From an uncultured Clostridia bacterium (lineage in GTDB: Bacteria > Bacillota > Clostridia > Oscillospirales > CAG-272), in contig CALXXF010000004.1 in the NCBI GenBank assembly GCA_944392615.1, forward strand, positions 5,429 through 69,428: a stretch of DNA of 64,000 bases. The letters run 5' to 3'. The notes below the pieces were generated by a model. That model saw only the letters and a list, made by a program, of their open reading frames with translations, had not been told where the DNA came from and did not search any database. This document shows, in pieces, positions 1 to 9,329 of this stretch; within the stretch, counting starts at the first letter, position 1, and every line of letters begins with the position of its first letter. The position numbers and the translations under genes were made by a program.

Positions 1-1
1 T

Positions 2-244
2 GTCATAATAGCTGTAGGCACAGTACCCAATCCCCTCATCAGAATGACCACTCCCGGACTGGATACAGACAGACACGGATGCATAATCACGAGCGACGGC
101 GTTACGACTACTAAACAGGGAGTATATGCCGGAGGAGACGCTGTTACCGGAGCCGCCACAGTCATACTCGCTATGGGCGCGGGAAGACAGGCAGCTCAAA
201 AGATAGATGAATACATAAAAGGACTTTCCAAAAAGACAGAATAG
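2..244 (+). CDS. C-terminal fragment of an FAD/NAD(P)-dependent oxidoreductase of the glutamate synthase small-subunit / SudA family (5' end outside window)
   Basis: The reading frame is open to the window edge. The C-terminal motif GVYAGGDAVTGAATVILAMGAGRQAA is typical of GltD/SudA-type enzymes. Confidence 0.6.
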   Translation, partial: VIIAVGTVPNPLIRMTTPGLDTDRHGCIITSDGVTTTKQGVYAGGDAVTGAATVILAMGAGRQAAQKIDEYIKGLSKKTE

Positions 245-256
245 TTATCGGAAAAA

Positions 257-302
257 TTTTTCTGCCGGTATCGCTTATGAAAAGCAATGCCGGCAGAATT
301 TG
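257..302. terminator. Hairpin terminator between convergent genes
   Basis: TTCTGCCGG (260-268) pairs with CCGGCAGAA (290-298). An A-run lies upstream and TTTGTT downstream, and the hairpin sits between two convergent stop codons. Confidence 0.5.
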
Positions 303-487
303 TTAGTAAAAAATTTTATGAAGAGTGAGGCGCTGGTTTATACCTGACAGCACAGCCTATAAACAGGCAGCAAAGAGAAATGGCTCAATACAGCTTTTCA
401 ATTTCTCAGCCGGCGTGCAAAACATGTGTACATGTTTGCATGTTAACATGCAGAGCAGTACTGTTTCGTATAAAAGTATTTTCAGAC

Positions 488-1345
488 TCAAACGCTCATT
501 ACACTGCGGGCGTGTTTCCGTATTTCCCCGAGCAGTGAATAGGGTACATGCAGATCGCCATACCCTGTGCCTATGGAAATGTGGGGTTTCATACTACCGT
601 GATAATCGCTCCCGCCAGATAGTATCAGACCGAGACTGGCTGCAAATGAACGGTACGTCTTTTCCATTTCAGGAGTATAGTCTGTGTAATATCCTTCTAT
701 TGCATCTAATCCAAAGCCCTTAAGCTTCTTAAGATATTCATAAAGTTTTTCGTCCGGAAGTTTTATTAAATGCAGGTGGGCGAGAACGGCTACACCGCCT
801 GCCCTATGGATAATGTCTATCGCCTCTCGGTCGGTAAAACAGTGATTTCCGCTGTACGCCGGCTTTCCGCACGAAAGCAGGTCTGCAAAAGCCTGTTTCA
901 CCGAAGAGCAGTAGCCCTTGCTCACCAGAAGATTGGCAAAGTGACCACGCCCAACAAGACCGTGCCCTGCAAGCAGTTCTGCTTCCTCGTAACTGACATC
1001 ATAACCGAGCGAGCGAAGAAGCCGGACTGTTTCCTCATTGCGTTCTTTTCTTGCAATTTTTGAGCGCGCTATTTCGGAAGAAAGAAACTCGTCTGACGGG
1101 TCTATGTAAAGGCCGACTATGTGTGTCTCTGTTTCCGATATGACAGAAATCTCTATACCAGGTATAAATTCTATTCCGCAGGCCTTGGCCGCAAGGCGGG
1201 CCTCCCCGATACCGTCTGTTGTGTCATGGTCTGTAAGTGCTACGGCGCGCAGACCTGCCGCAGAGGCTTTCCGGATAAGCTGCTCAGGACTGTCGGCACC
1301 GTCCGATTTGTATGAATGTGTGTGAAGATCTATATAATCTTCCAA
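488..1345 (-). CDS. PHP-domain metal-dependent phosphoesterase (TrpH/YciV-like)
   Basis: 285 aa. N-terminal IDLHTHSYKSDG and ALTDHDT motifs and a C-terminal GGSDYHG motif. Confidence 0.8.
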   Translation of the reverse strand: MEDYIDLHTHSYKSDGADSPEQLIRKASAAGLRAVALTDHDTTDGIGEARLAAKACGIEFIPGIEISVISETETHIVGLYIDPSDEFLSSEIARSKIARKERNEETVRLLRSLGYDVSYEEAELLAGHGLVGRGHFANLLVSKGYCSSVKQAFADLLSCGKPAYSGNHCFTDREAIDIIHRAGGVAVLAHLHLIKLPDEKLYEYLKKLKGFGLDAIEGYYTDYTPEMEKTYRSFAASLGLILSGGSDYHGSMKPHISIGTGYGDLHVPYSLLGEIRKHARSVMSV

Positions 1346-1528
1346 AAAATCACCACCTTAAAGCTCTTACATATGAATTATAACAGCGCCGTTTTTCTTT
1401 GTCAAGGGCTACATATCTGTATATATTCGTTTATTTTGTATCGCGTGCCTTATATCAAAAGCTCAGTCTTTATTTATTTTACGTTTATTTTCAAGAGATA
1501 ATATATGCGGCGTAAGGAGGTTATCGAT

Positions 1529-1996
1529 TTGGGAAAATTTAAATCTCGGATGTACAGCTTTTTCGGGGGAAGGTACGGCACAGACGCGCTTTATTATTTC
1601 TTGTTTGCCATAGCGCTTTTACTCCTTGTGATAAATGTGTTTGTCGGGTCATTTGTCGCTTCTCTTATATTATACGGCGTTGCAGCTTCTCTTCTTGTAT
1701 GGGGAGCTTTCAGGTCTTTTTCACGGAATATAAGCAGAAGAAGGCGTGAAAACGAGGTCTTCACCGGCTTTTTCCGCAAAGTATTTTCACCGTTTGTGCT
1801 CGCCAAAAATAAGTTCAGGGACAGAAAAACTCATAAATATATAAGATGTAAAAAATGTCGCGCTGTCATACGTGTGAAAAGAATACCGGGGAATCATTTT
1901 CTGCACTGTCCCAAGTGTTTAGAAAAAATAGAAGTGACAATAAAAGAACGGAAAAGTAACAAGGCTCCAAAAAACAAAAACAAAAACAAAAAGTAA
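1529..1996 (+). CDS. Small membrane protein with C-terminal zinc ribbon and lysine-rich tail, function unknown
   Basis: Two hydrophobic helices are followed by a CKKC...CPKC cysteine pair. AAGGAGG at 1514-1520 favours the TTG at 1529 over the upstream ATG at 1505. Confidence 0.55.
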   Translation: MGKFKSRMYSFFGGRYGTDALYYFLFAIALLLLVINVFVGSFVASLILYGVAASLLVWGAFRSFSRNISRRRRENEVFTGFFRKVFSPFVLAKNKFRDRKTHKYIRCKKCRAVIRVKRIPGNHFLHCPKCLEKIEVTIKERKSNKAPKNKNKNKK

Positions 1997-2086
1997 AAAT
2001 CAGTTCTGTGTTTTTCAGCAGAGGTGTATGTTAAGGCCAACAGAGCCAAAAAAGTCTGTCTTTTGCCTTTGCGTGTACTGATATTG

Positions 2087-2135
2087 AAAATGCCGCGTGG
2101 GTGTTTCCTGCGCGGCATTATTCTTTTATTGTTTT
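2087..2135 (+). terminator. Rho-independent terminator after the zinc-ribbon membrane gene
   Basis: AATGCCGCG (2089-2097) pairs with CGCGGCATT (2111-2119), followed by the T-rich tract ATTCTTTTATTGTTTTT. Confidence 0.55.
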
Positions 2136-2435
2136 TGTATCGGTTTGAATGTACCGCGCGAATCAGATTTTTATTCAAACGATTTTCCTACGAAACTGCC
2201 TCCCGCCAAAACAGAAACGGGGTGGGCAACTTCCTTTACTTGGCAATTTCGCTTGATCGTAAGAAATCAGAAATATATATGCGCCGCGTAAGGAAGCGCG
2301 AGATGGTACAAAAATGCTCCCCGGGGGCTCAACAAAGATTTGAGAAGCTCCCGGAGGGCAGTTTTTACTTTTCTGACAAACAGAGCTTGCTGAAAAAGCA
2401 GCGCGGGTGAGTGTCAGGACACGCTTAAGGATTCT

Positions 2436-2864
2436 TCAGAACACTATATCATCGTTTGAAATGCAGCGTATCCCATTGTGTGTGAGTATTTCGGTTGTTT
2501 TTACGTTGTTTTCAACCCTGATTATTATATATGCTTTATCCTCTTTAATTGCGAGAAAGTCATACATATATTCTATGTTCACCTGAGCGTCGTCAAGTAT
2601 GCGAAGCACTTTTGCAAGTCCTCCCACTATATCCTGCACCTCTATGCCGATAACCTGATTTATCGAAACGACATATCCGCTGCTCTGGAGTACTTTCTTC
2701 GCCTTTTCGGCATCCTTGACTATCAGCCGCAATATTCCGAAATCGGTGGTGTCCGCTATGGTGAGCGCGCGTATGTCGATACCCGAATCCGCGAGTACTT
2801 CGGCTATTCCTGACATGGAACCCTGCTTGTTTTCAACAAAAACCGAAAGCTGACTTATTGACAT
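2436..2864 (-). CDS. ACT-domain (amino-acid-binding) protein, last gene of the ior-paaK operon
   Basis: 142 aa. Tandem ACT-like pattern (LSVFVENKQGSMSGIAEVLADSGIDIRAL). It lies directly downstream of paaK on the same strand. Confidence 0.8.
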   Translation of the reverse strand: MSISQLSVFVENKQGSMSGIAEVLADSGIDIRALTIADTTDFGILRLIVKDAEKAKKVLQSSGYVVSINQVIGIEVQDIVGGLAKVLRILDDAQVNIEYMYDFLAIKEDKAYIIIRVENNVKTTEILTHNGIRCISNDDIVF

Positions 2865-2918
2865 GATTTTTTACCACACTTTCTTCAGATTATCAGGCCC
2901 ACAGGGGTCCTGATGCGA

Positions 2919-4220
2919 TTATATTTTTCTCTTGTCTATAACTCTTACTGCCTTGCCGATAGAACGGTCTATGGATCCGGGGGCCGCAAAGGTCACCTTT
3001 GCATTGACGCCGAGAAGGCTTTTGAGCGCCTCTGAGAGCTCTTTTTCCTTTACCGCAAACTTTGTAACAGTGTCCGAGAATACCTCCTGTGTCACTTCGA
3101 CTTTTACTTCGAGAGTGTCAAGGTTGTTTACTCTGTCAACAACTATCTGATAGTTAGGAGAATATCCCATGCGCAAAAGCACGGTTTCTATCTGCGAAGG
3201 GAATACATTTACACCGCGTATTATGAGCATATCGTCGCTTCTTCCGCGGGGCTTGCTCATCTTTACCAGTGTTCTTCCGCACGAACATTTTTTTCTGGAT
3301 ATAACGCCTATGTCCCTCGTGCGGTATCTGAGAAGCGGAAAAGCCTCCTTGGTTATGCAGGAAAAGACAATTTCTCCCTGTTCTCCTTCGGGAAGCACCT
3401 TTCCTGTATCAGGGTCTATGACTTCAATGATGAAATGGTCTTCATTTACATGCATTCCGCTCTGTTCACAGCATTCATACGAAACACCGGGTCCCATTAT
3501 CTCTGTAAGTCCGTAAATGTCGTGAGCCTTTATGTGGAGCTTTTCCTCTATGCGCTGCCTCATTTCCTCCGTCCAGGGCTCGGCTCCGAAAATTCCGCCG
3601 CGCAGGGCAATCTTTGACATATCGACATTTGCCTGCTCCATTGATTCAGCTATGTACATTGCGTATGAAGGCGTGCAGCACAGATAATCCGAACCGAAAT
3701 CCTGAAGAATGGTTATCTGCCTTGCTGTATTTCCGGACGATACCGGTATAGCTACGGCGCCTATCCGCTGTGCTCCGAGGTGAAGACCGAATCCACCGGT
3801 GAAAAGTCCGTACCCGAACGAAACGTGTATCTTGTCCTCTTTCGTCGCACCCGCAGCCACAAGCTGACGCGCGCAGCAATCAGCCCAGATGTCAAGGTCA
3901 TGCCTCGTATATCCTGCCACGATCTGTTTGCCTGTTGTGCCGCTGGAGGCGTGCAATTCCACGACCTGCTCCATCGGTACGGCGAACAGTCCGTAAGGAT
4001 ACGTGTCGCGCAAATCGCTCTTATATGTAAAGGGAAGCTTCCAAAGATCTTCTATACTGTTTATATCGCCCGGAGTAACACCCTTTTCATCCATGAGCTT
4101 TTTGTAGTAGGGTACGTTTTCATATACTCTTTTTACTGTCCTGACAAGGCGCTCATTCTGCCATGCCACAATCTGGTCACGCGACGCCGTTTCAATTTCT
4201 TTCTGCCAATATCTTTCCAT
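2919..4220 (-). CDS. paaK: Phenylacetate-CoA ligase family enzyme
   Basis: ANL-type motifs SSGTTGK and YGLTE, with a PaaK-like N-terminus (MERYWQKEIE...RVYENVPYYK). The ORF extends to a TTG at 4244. The ATG at 4220 is chosen by comparison with typical PaaK N-termini, and the ATG at 4235 is an alternative. Confidence 0.85.
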   Translation of the reverse strand: MERYWQKEIETASRDQIVAWQNERLVRTVKRVYENVPYYKKLMDEKGVTPGDINSIEDLWKLPFTYKSDLRDTYPYGLFAVPMEQVVELHASSGTTGKQIVAGYTRHDLDIWADCCARQLVAAGATKEDKIHVSFGYGLFTGGFGLHLGAQRIGAVAIPVSSGNTARQITILQDFGSDYLCCTPSYAMYIAESMEQANVDMSKIALRGGIFGAEPWTEEMRQRIEEKLHIKAHDIYGLTEIMGPGVSYECCEQSGMHVNEDHFIIEVIDPDTGKVLPEGEQGEIVFSCITKEAFPLLRYRTRDIGVISRKKCSCGRTLVKMSKPRGRSDDMLIIRGVNVFPSQIETVLLRMGYSPNYQIVVDRVNNLDTLEVKVEVTQEVFSDTVTKFAVKEKELSEALKSLLGVNAKVTFAAPGSIDRSIGKAVRVIDKRKI

Positions 4221-4406
4221 ATAAATTATGACCATTCCTTTCAATGCGTCAATTCAGCGTTCTGTGCGGTCCGCCACTGTCAGAGCGGCGACACGTATGG
4301 TCACCGGAGTCATAAGGCGGTATGTAAATTCAGTGCTTCGCTGTTTTGGATCTGTCAAAATTTCTGTCTGCTTGATTTTTCCGTGCAAAGACAGGCCCGG
4401 GGATAA

Positions 4407-4988
4407 TTATTCTTCGTAGCCGAAGCCAAGATCAAAAGCTTTTTCGTTTACCTCAATAAACTTTTTGTTGACGATGGCGGCAATTGCTTCTTTCCACTTT
4501 TCCCGGGAAATGCTGAGATATCTTGCCAGCCTTCCCATGAGGACAATATTTACCGCTTTTGCAGAGCCTGCCTGCTCCGCAAGTGACAGCGCGTCTATTG
4601 CATCGACATTTACATTCATTTCCCGGAGTTTTCCGAGAATTTCCGAGGGATATTCCATGGCGCCTGTTATCACCGGCATGGGGTCTATTTCCTGGGTGTT
4701 GACGATTATACGACCGTTTTCGGCAAGATACTTCGTATAGCGAGCGCCTTCGAGCTTTTCAAATGAGACAATGAAGTCTGCCTCTCCCATGTCTATTATG
4801 GGGGAATAAACCTTGCTTCCGTAACGCACATACGTCACTACAGAGCCGCCTCTCTGGCTCATTCCGTGTACTTCCGATACCTTGACATCGTATCCCTCGT
4901 CGGTCAGAAGCCGACCGAGCAGCTTGCTGGCGAGCAGACTCCCCTGTCCGCCCACACCTACTATCATTATATTTTTTGTCCCGTTCAT
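4407..4988 (-). CDS. iorB: Indolepyruvate:ferredoxin oxidoreductase subunit beta
   Basis: 193 aa with the N-terminal motif IVGVGGQGSLLAS. Its start overlaps the iorA stop (ATGA). Confidence 0.85.
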   Translation of the reverse strand: MNGTKNIMIVGVGGQGSLLASKLLGRLLTDEGYDVKVSEVHGMSQRGGSVVTYVRYGSKVYSPIIDMGEADFIVSFEKLEGARYTKYLAENGRIIVNTQEIDPMPVITGAMEYPSEILGKLREMNVNVDAIDALSLAEQAGSAKAVNIVLMGRLARYLSISREKWKEAIAAIVNKKFIEVNEKAFDLGFGYEE

Positions 4989-6733
4989 CTCATCGAACCT
5001 CCGGAATTATGTATTGCATCAAATTTACAAAGCTGGACACAAACACCACATCCGACACAGAGAGTGGGATCGACGTGTGCCTTGCCGTTCTTCATGCTTA
5101 TCGCAGGGCATCCGAGCTTCAGGCACATCTTGCATGAACGGCATTTATCGCCAGAAACAACGAAGGGATCGCCTGTCTTTACATATTTGAGGAGCACGCA
5201 CGGACGTCTGGATATTATGACAGACGGCTCGTCCTTGGCGAGCTCTTCCTTGAGCACGCGGTCGCATTCATCCAGATCATACGGGTCCACTACGCGGACA
5301 GAATTTATGCCGACAGCACGGCAGAGCGTTTCAAGGTCAATCTTTGTCGCCGGATCGCCTTTTATGTTGTATCCTGTCGTGGGATTCTGCTGGTGTCCGG
5401 TCATGCCGGTTATTGAGTTATCGAGTATCACTACGGTGGAGGCGGAATTGTTGTACGATATATTGATGAGTCCGGTCACTCCGGAATGAATGAACGTGGA
5501 GTCTCCTATTACGGCAACTGTTTTGCCGCTGCCTTCTCCGCTTTGTACTTTGTTAAAGCCATGGATTCCGGAAACAGACGCCCCCATGCAGAGCGTGGTG
5601 TCTACGGCGCACAGAGGCGCCTGCGCGCCCAGAGTGTAACATCCTATGTCGCCTATCACCGTTACCTTGTTCTTGGCAAGCGTGTAATACATCCCTCGGT
5701 GAGGGCAGCCGGCGCACATCACGGGAGGACGGACGGGGAGATTTTCGTCAAGGCTGTACCCGCCTTGGTGTTTTATTCCCAGAGACGCTGCTACAGACGA
5801 CTGTGACAGCTCGCCTATTTGTGAAAAGAGGCTTTTTCCTTCGACTTCTATGCCTATCGAACGGCAATGAGTCTCTATAACGCCGTCAAGCTCCTCGCAC
5901 ACTATTACGCGCTTCACCTTTTTTGCAAAATTTTTTATACGTTCGACGGGTAGCGGATTTACAAGACCTATTTTGAGTATAGAAGCGCTGTCGCCCAGAA
6001 CTTCCTTTATGTACTGATATGCAGTTCCGGATGTTATGACGCCGATTTGTGCTCCTTCATGAATTTCCTCTTTGTTAAAGTCGCTTGTCTCTGCCAACGC
6101 GCGCAAATCGTTCATTCTCTTCTCGACGAAAGGATGACGCTTCTTTGCGTACGCAGGCATCATAATGTATTTTTCCGGGTTCTTTGTGTATTTCTTGTCC
6201 GGGAGGGGAAGCGGCTCGGAAAATCCAACTATGCTTTGCGCATGGGCAATTCGCGTGCACATGCGCAGAAGAACGGGAGTGTCGTATTCTTCTGACAGGA
6301 GAAAGGCCCTTTTTGAAAATTCAAGCGCTTCTGATGAGTCGGCGGGCTCAAGCATCGGGACCTTCGCCGCTATGGCGTAGTGACGTGAGTCCTGCTCGTT
6401 CTGGGATGAGTGCATCGCAGGGTCATCGGCAACACATATTACCATTCCGGCATTGACGCCGGTATACGAGAGAGTAAAAAGCGGGTCGGCTGCCACGTTC
6501 AAACCGACGTGCTTCATTGCACAGGCAGCTCTCACTCCGCCAAGGCTTGCTCCGAACGCCGCCTCGCATGCGACCTTCTCGTTCGGCGCCCATTCGCAGT
6601 ATATCTCGTCGTTTTTGGCGGCAAATTCGGTTATCTCGGTTGATGGGGTCCCCGGATAGCTTGAAATAAAACGGCATCCGCCTTCGTAAAGACCGCGTGC
6701 TACCGCCTCATTTCCGATTAGCAGTTTCTTCAT
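4985..6733 (-). CDS. iorA: Indolepyruvate:ferredoxin oxidoreductase subunit alpha (TPP and 2x[4Fe-4S] domains)
   Basis: 582 aa. TPP-binding region GDIGCYTLG...GDSTFIHSG and a C-terminal CxxCxxC...CP ferredoxin motif (CRSCKMCLKLGCP, CVGCGVCVQLC). Confidence 0.9.
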   Translation of the reverse strand: MKKLLIGNEAVARGLYEGGCRFISSYPGTPSTEITEFAAKNDEIYCEWAPNEKVACEAAFGASLGGVRAACAMKHVGLNVAADPLFTLSYTGVNAGMVICVADDPAMHSSQNEQDSRHYAIAAKVPMLEPADSSEALEFSKRAFLLSEEYDTPVLLRMCTRIAHAQSIVGFSEPLPLPDKKYTKNPEKYIMMPAYAKKRHPFVEKRMNDLRALAETSDFNKEEIHEGAQIGVITSGTAYQYIKEVLGDSASILKIGLVNPLPVERIKNFAKKVKRVIVCEELDGVIETHCRSIGIEVEGKSLFSQIGELSQSSVAASLGIKHQGGYSLDENLPVRPPVMCAGCPHRGMYYTLAKNKVTVIGDIGCYTLGAQAPLCAVDTTLCMGASVSGIHGFNKVQSGEGSGKTVAVIGDSTFIHSGVTGLINISYNNSASTVVILDNSITGMTGHQQNPTTGYNIKGDPATKIDLETLCRAVGINSVRVVDPYDLDECDRVLKEELAKDEPSVIISRRPCVLLKYVKTGDPFVVSGDKCRSCKMCLKLGCPAISMKNGKAHVDPTLCVGCGVCVQLCKFDAIHNSGGSMR

Positions 6734-6741
6734 TTTCTGAG

Positions 6742-6786
6742 AATACCTTTCTTTTAAGAATACCTTATCTTTCTGAGTAATACCTT
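6742..6786 (-). repeat. Three direct copies of AAGGTATT (mRNA sense) in the iorA 5' leader; the proximal copy is the likely SD
   Basis: AATACCTT occurs on the plus strand at 6742-6749, 6759-6766 and 6779-6786. Each copy is embedded in a similar context, AGGTATTCT(C/T)A(G/A)AAAGA. Confidence 0.6.
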
Positions 6787-6954
6787 TTATTTGAAAGTTA
6801 CCGGAGAACGCCTCCCCCGAAGGTGACCATTTAATTTACCTACGTGAAAATGCACACCGGTTCCGTGGATTGTAGAAACATTTTAGCAGACAATGTATAC
6901 CAGCATACTTATGTCGCAATAAACACAGTTTCTGAATCTGCGTTTTCGTAATCG

Positions 6955-7806
6955 CTACTTCAGAACAGTGTATTGAGCCTTTCTGTAGGCGGTAGGCGTA
7001 CAGTTCTTGTATTTTTTAAATACCCTGTTAAAATACGAAACGGAGGAAAAGCCTACGTCATAGGAAACAGAAATTATGCTCTCATTTCCGGTGGCAAGCA
7101 ATTTTTCACTTTTACATACCCTGACGAAGTTCAGGTAATCTACAAAGCTCTGACCGCTTGCCCGTTTGAATATGCGGCAGAAATAAGAGGGGTTGAGATT
7201 CTGAACTGCCGACACTTCTTCAAGGGTTATGTCTCTGTAATAATTTTCTTCGATAAACGAAAGAGCAGGGCGTATCTTCTCCACATCTGCCGTTGTGGTC
7301 CCGTCACCGCTCGATATGGCACCCTGGCGGCAGAGCTCTGCTGTTATTGAAAACAGTGCCCCCTTTATGGCAAAATCCCAAGCTGTTTTTTTATACTTGT
7401 ACTCTTCGAGGACGTGCTCAATAAGGCTGAACAAGAACTTGTCCTTGAGTATTGCAAACGGAGTGACAGAGTTCTGTACAAACCTGTTGAAATACTTTCC
7501 TGCATTGTTGTCGTCGCTCAGGTAATATTCCTGACGGTACTGTACAAGTATGTATCTGCAAATATCACCGGGTTTATATGTGGCGTGCGGAATCCGTGAT
7601 GAAACAAATACTACATCGCCTGTGTCCGCGATATGCTTCTTTTCGTTTATAACGATTTCTATCGGTCCCTTTGTTATTGCGAGCAATTCTATTTCATCAT
7701 GGTAGTGAGGACCGCATATCAGCCCCGGATCTGGCTGAGAAAATACCTGCTCATCCAGAAGAATATTTGCCTTTGGTATGTTTGTTGCAATGAGTTGATT
7801 TTTCAT
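6955..7806 (-). CDS. AraC-family transcriptional regulator (cupin sensor + C-terminal HTH)
   Basis: The C-terminus (SYFCRIFKRASGQSFVDYLNFVRVCKSEKLL...VGFSSVSYFNRVFKK) is a canonical AraC HTH pair. The ATG at 7806 (MKNQLIA) is preferred over the longer ORF that runs to 7884. Confidence 0.8.
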   Translation of the reverse strand: MKNQLIATNIPKANILLDEQVFSQPDPGLICGPHYHDEIELLAITKGPIEIVINEKKHIADTGDVVFVSSRIPHATYKPGDICRYILVQYRQEYYLSDDNNAGKYFNRFVQNSVTPFAILKDKFLFSLIEHVLEEYKYKKTAWDFAIKGALFSITAELCRQGAISSGDGTTTADVEKIRPALSFIEENYYRDITLEEVSAVQNLNPSYFCRIFKRASGQSFVDYLNFVRVCKSEKLLATGNESIISVSYDVGFSSVSYFNRVFKKYKNCTPTAYRKAQYTVLK

Positions 7807-8013
7807 AATTGTATGACAGTGTGCCGTGGGTATGTATCCCAGGATGGTTGTACCTTTTAAAGGCCTGTTTTTAAAAAAAGTCAAAATAATTCAAATATTC
7901 GCTAAAATCGGAATAGAAAAGAGCGCAAGGAACATGTATAATTATTATAACATCGGGCGGTATGTTTGTCAATATCGCTCCAATAATCTGACGTCTTGCA
8001 GGGAGGAAAAAAT

Positions 8014-9186
8014 ATGGCTGGAAACGAAAACAAGCTTCTCGATGCTTTTAAGGAAAATCAGACCGTCGAGAAAATAGACCAAAACAGAAAGCTCAGGGTG
8101 GGTATCATAGGATGCGGCTGGATAGCCGAAGCACATGTCGTTGAATACAAAAGAATGCCTGATGTAGAGATTGTTGCCGGTGCAGATCTTGTTCCCGGAA
8201 AAGCAGAGGCGTTTTTCAAGAGAATGGGACTTGAGGGTGTGAGATGCTATCCCGATCACAAATCTATGCTTGATGCGGAGGAGCTCGACGCTGTAAGCGT
8301 ATGCACCTACAACGTCACGCACGCAGTGTGCGCTATATACGCGCTTGAAAAGGGCGTGAATGTTCTTCTTGAAAAGCCAATGTCGGTTACTCTGGACGAA
8401 GCTGTCGAAATACGCCGCGCCGAAAAGAAAAGCGGAAAAATACTGTCGATAGGTTTCCAGCCCAGATTTGACCCCAACATGAAGATGATAAAAAAGATAG
8501 TACAGTCGGGAGAGCTCGGAAAGGTGTATTACATACAGACCGGCGGCGGCAGAAGGCGCGGTATTCCCACTCCGTTCGGCACATCCTTCATTGCAAAGGA
8601 TACAGGCGGCATTGGAGCCATGGGCGATATCGGATGCTATTCTCTTGACATGGTGATGAATGCGCTTGGATATCCTAAGCCTATAACAATAAGCGGTTAT
8701 AAATCGGCGTATTTCGGAACTGACCCCAATTTCTTCCTTGCAGAAGGAAAGCCCGCATATCTTGCAGAAAAATTTGAGGTTGAGGATTTTGCAGCGGGAT
8801 TTGTACGTCTTGAAGGAGACATAATCCTTGATTTCAGGATCGCTTGGGCGATGAACCTCGACACCCCCGGAGATACCATCATAATGGGAACAAAAGGCTC
8901 GCTCCGTATTCCTTCCACAGAATGCTGGAACGGCTCTGTAGGCGGACCTATGAAAATATATCATGAGGTTTGCGGAGAGGCTGTTGAGACCATAATACCT
9001 ATAATCCCCGATCACTCAAAGGGACTTTTCTATCAGAAGATACGTTCGTTCCTGAATGCTGTAAAGGACGGAGGAACCTCTCCGGTGCCGTCTGACGAAA
9101 TTATAATAAATCAGGCTATAATAGACGGAATAGTGAAGTCGAGCGAGCTCGGTCACGAGATAACCGTGGAAATTCCGGAAGTCTGA
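8014..9186 (+). CDS. Gfo/Idh/MocA-family NAD(P)-dependent sugar oxidoreductase
   Basis: Rossmann motif VGIIGCGWIAEAH and an EKP motif (LLEKPMS). GGGAGG lies 7 nt upstream of the ATG at 8014. Confidence 0.85.
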   Translation: MAGNENKLLDAFKENQTVEKIDQNRKLRVGIIGCGWIAEAHVVEYKRMPDVEIVAGADLVPGKAEAFFKRMGLEGVRCYPDHKSMLDAEELDAVSVCTYNVTHAVCAIYALEKGVNVLLEKPMSVTLDEAVEIRRAEKKSGKILSIGFQPRFDPNMKMIKKIVQSGELGKVYYIQTGGGRRRGIPTPFGTSFIAKDTGGIGAMGDIGCYSLDMVMNALGYPKPITISGYKSAYFGTDPNFFLAEGKPAYLAEKFEVEDFAAGFVRLEGDIILDFRIAWAMNLDTPGDTIIMGTKGSLRIPSTECWNGSVGGPMKIYHEVCGEAVETIIPIIPDHSKGLFYQKIRSFLNAVKDGGTSPVPSDEIIINQAIIDGIVKSSELGHEITVEIPEV

Positions 9187-9329
9187 TTGAATCTGATTGA
9201 AAGAGATGACGGAGCAGGTGCAGTATTTTGTCGCCTGCTCCTTCGGTCGACGGCAATTACCTGGTTCAGCCGCTTTTGCGGTGGTTTTGTTTCCCGGTTC
9301 AAAAAATCTTATGAAAGGAATAATAAAGT

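Noticed and set aside
7969-9015. 348-aa ORF antisense to the Gfo/Idh/MocA gene
   Set aside because: The sense strand has clear family motifs and an RBS. The antisense ORF has no RBS or recognisable features and is a typical shadow ORF. The same applies to 17742-18725 (alaS), 27717-28571 (valS), 29639-30379 (ligase), 41853-42464, 44225-44884 and 46134-46772.
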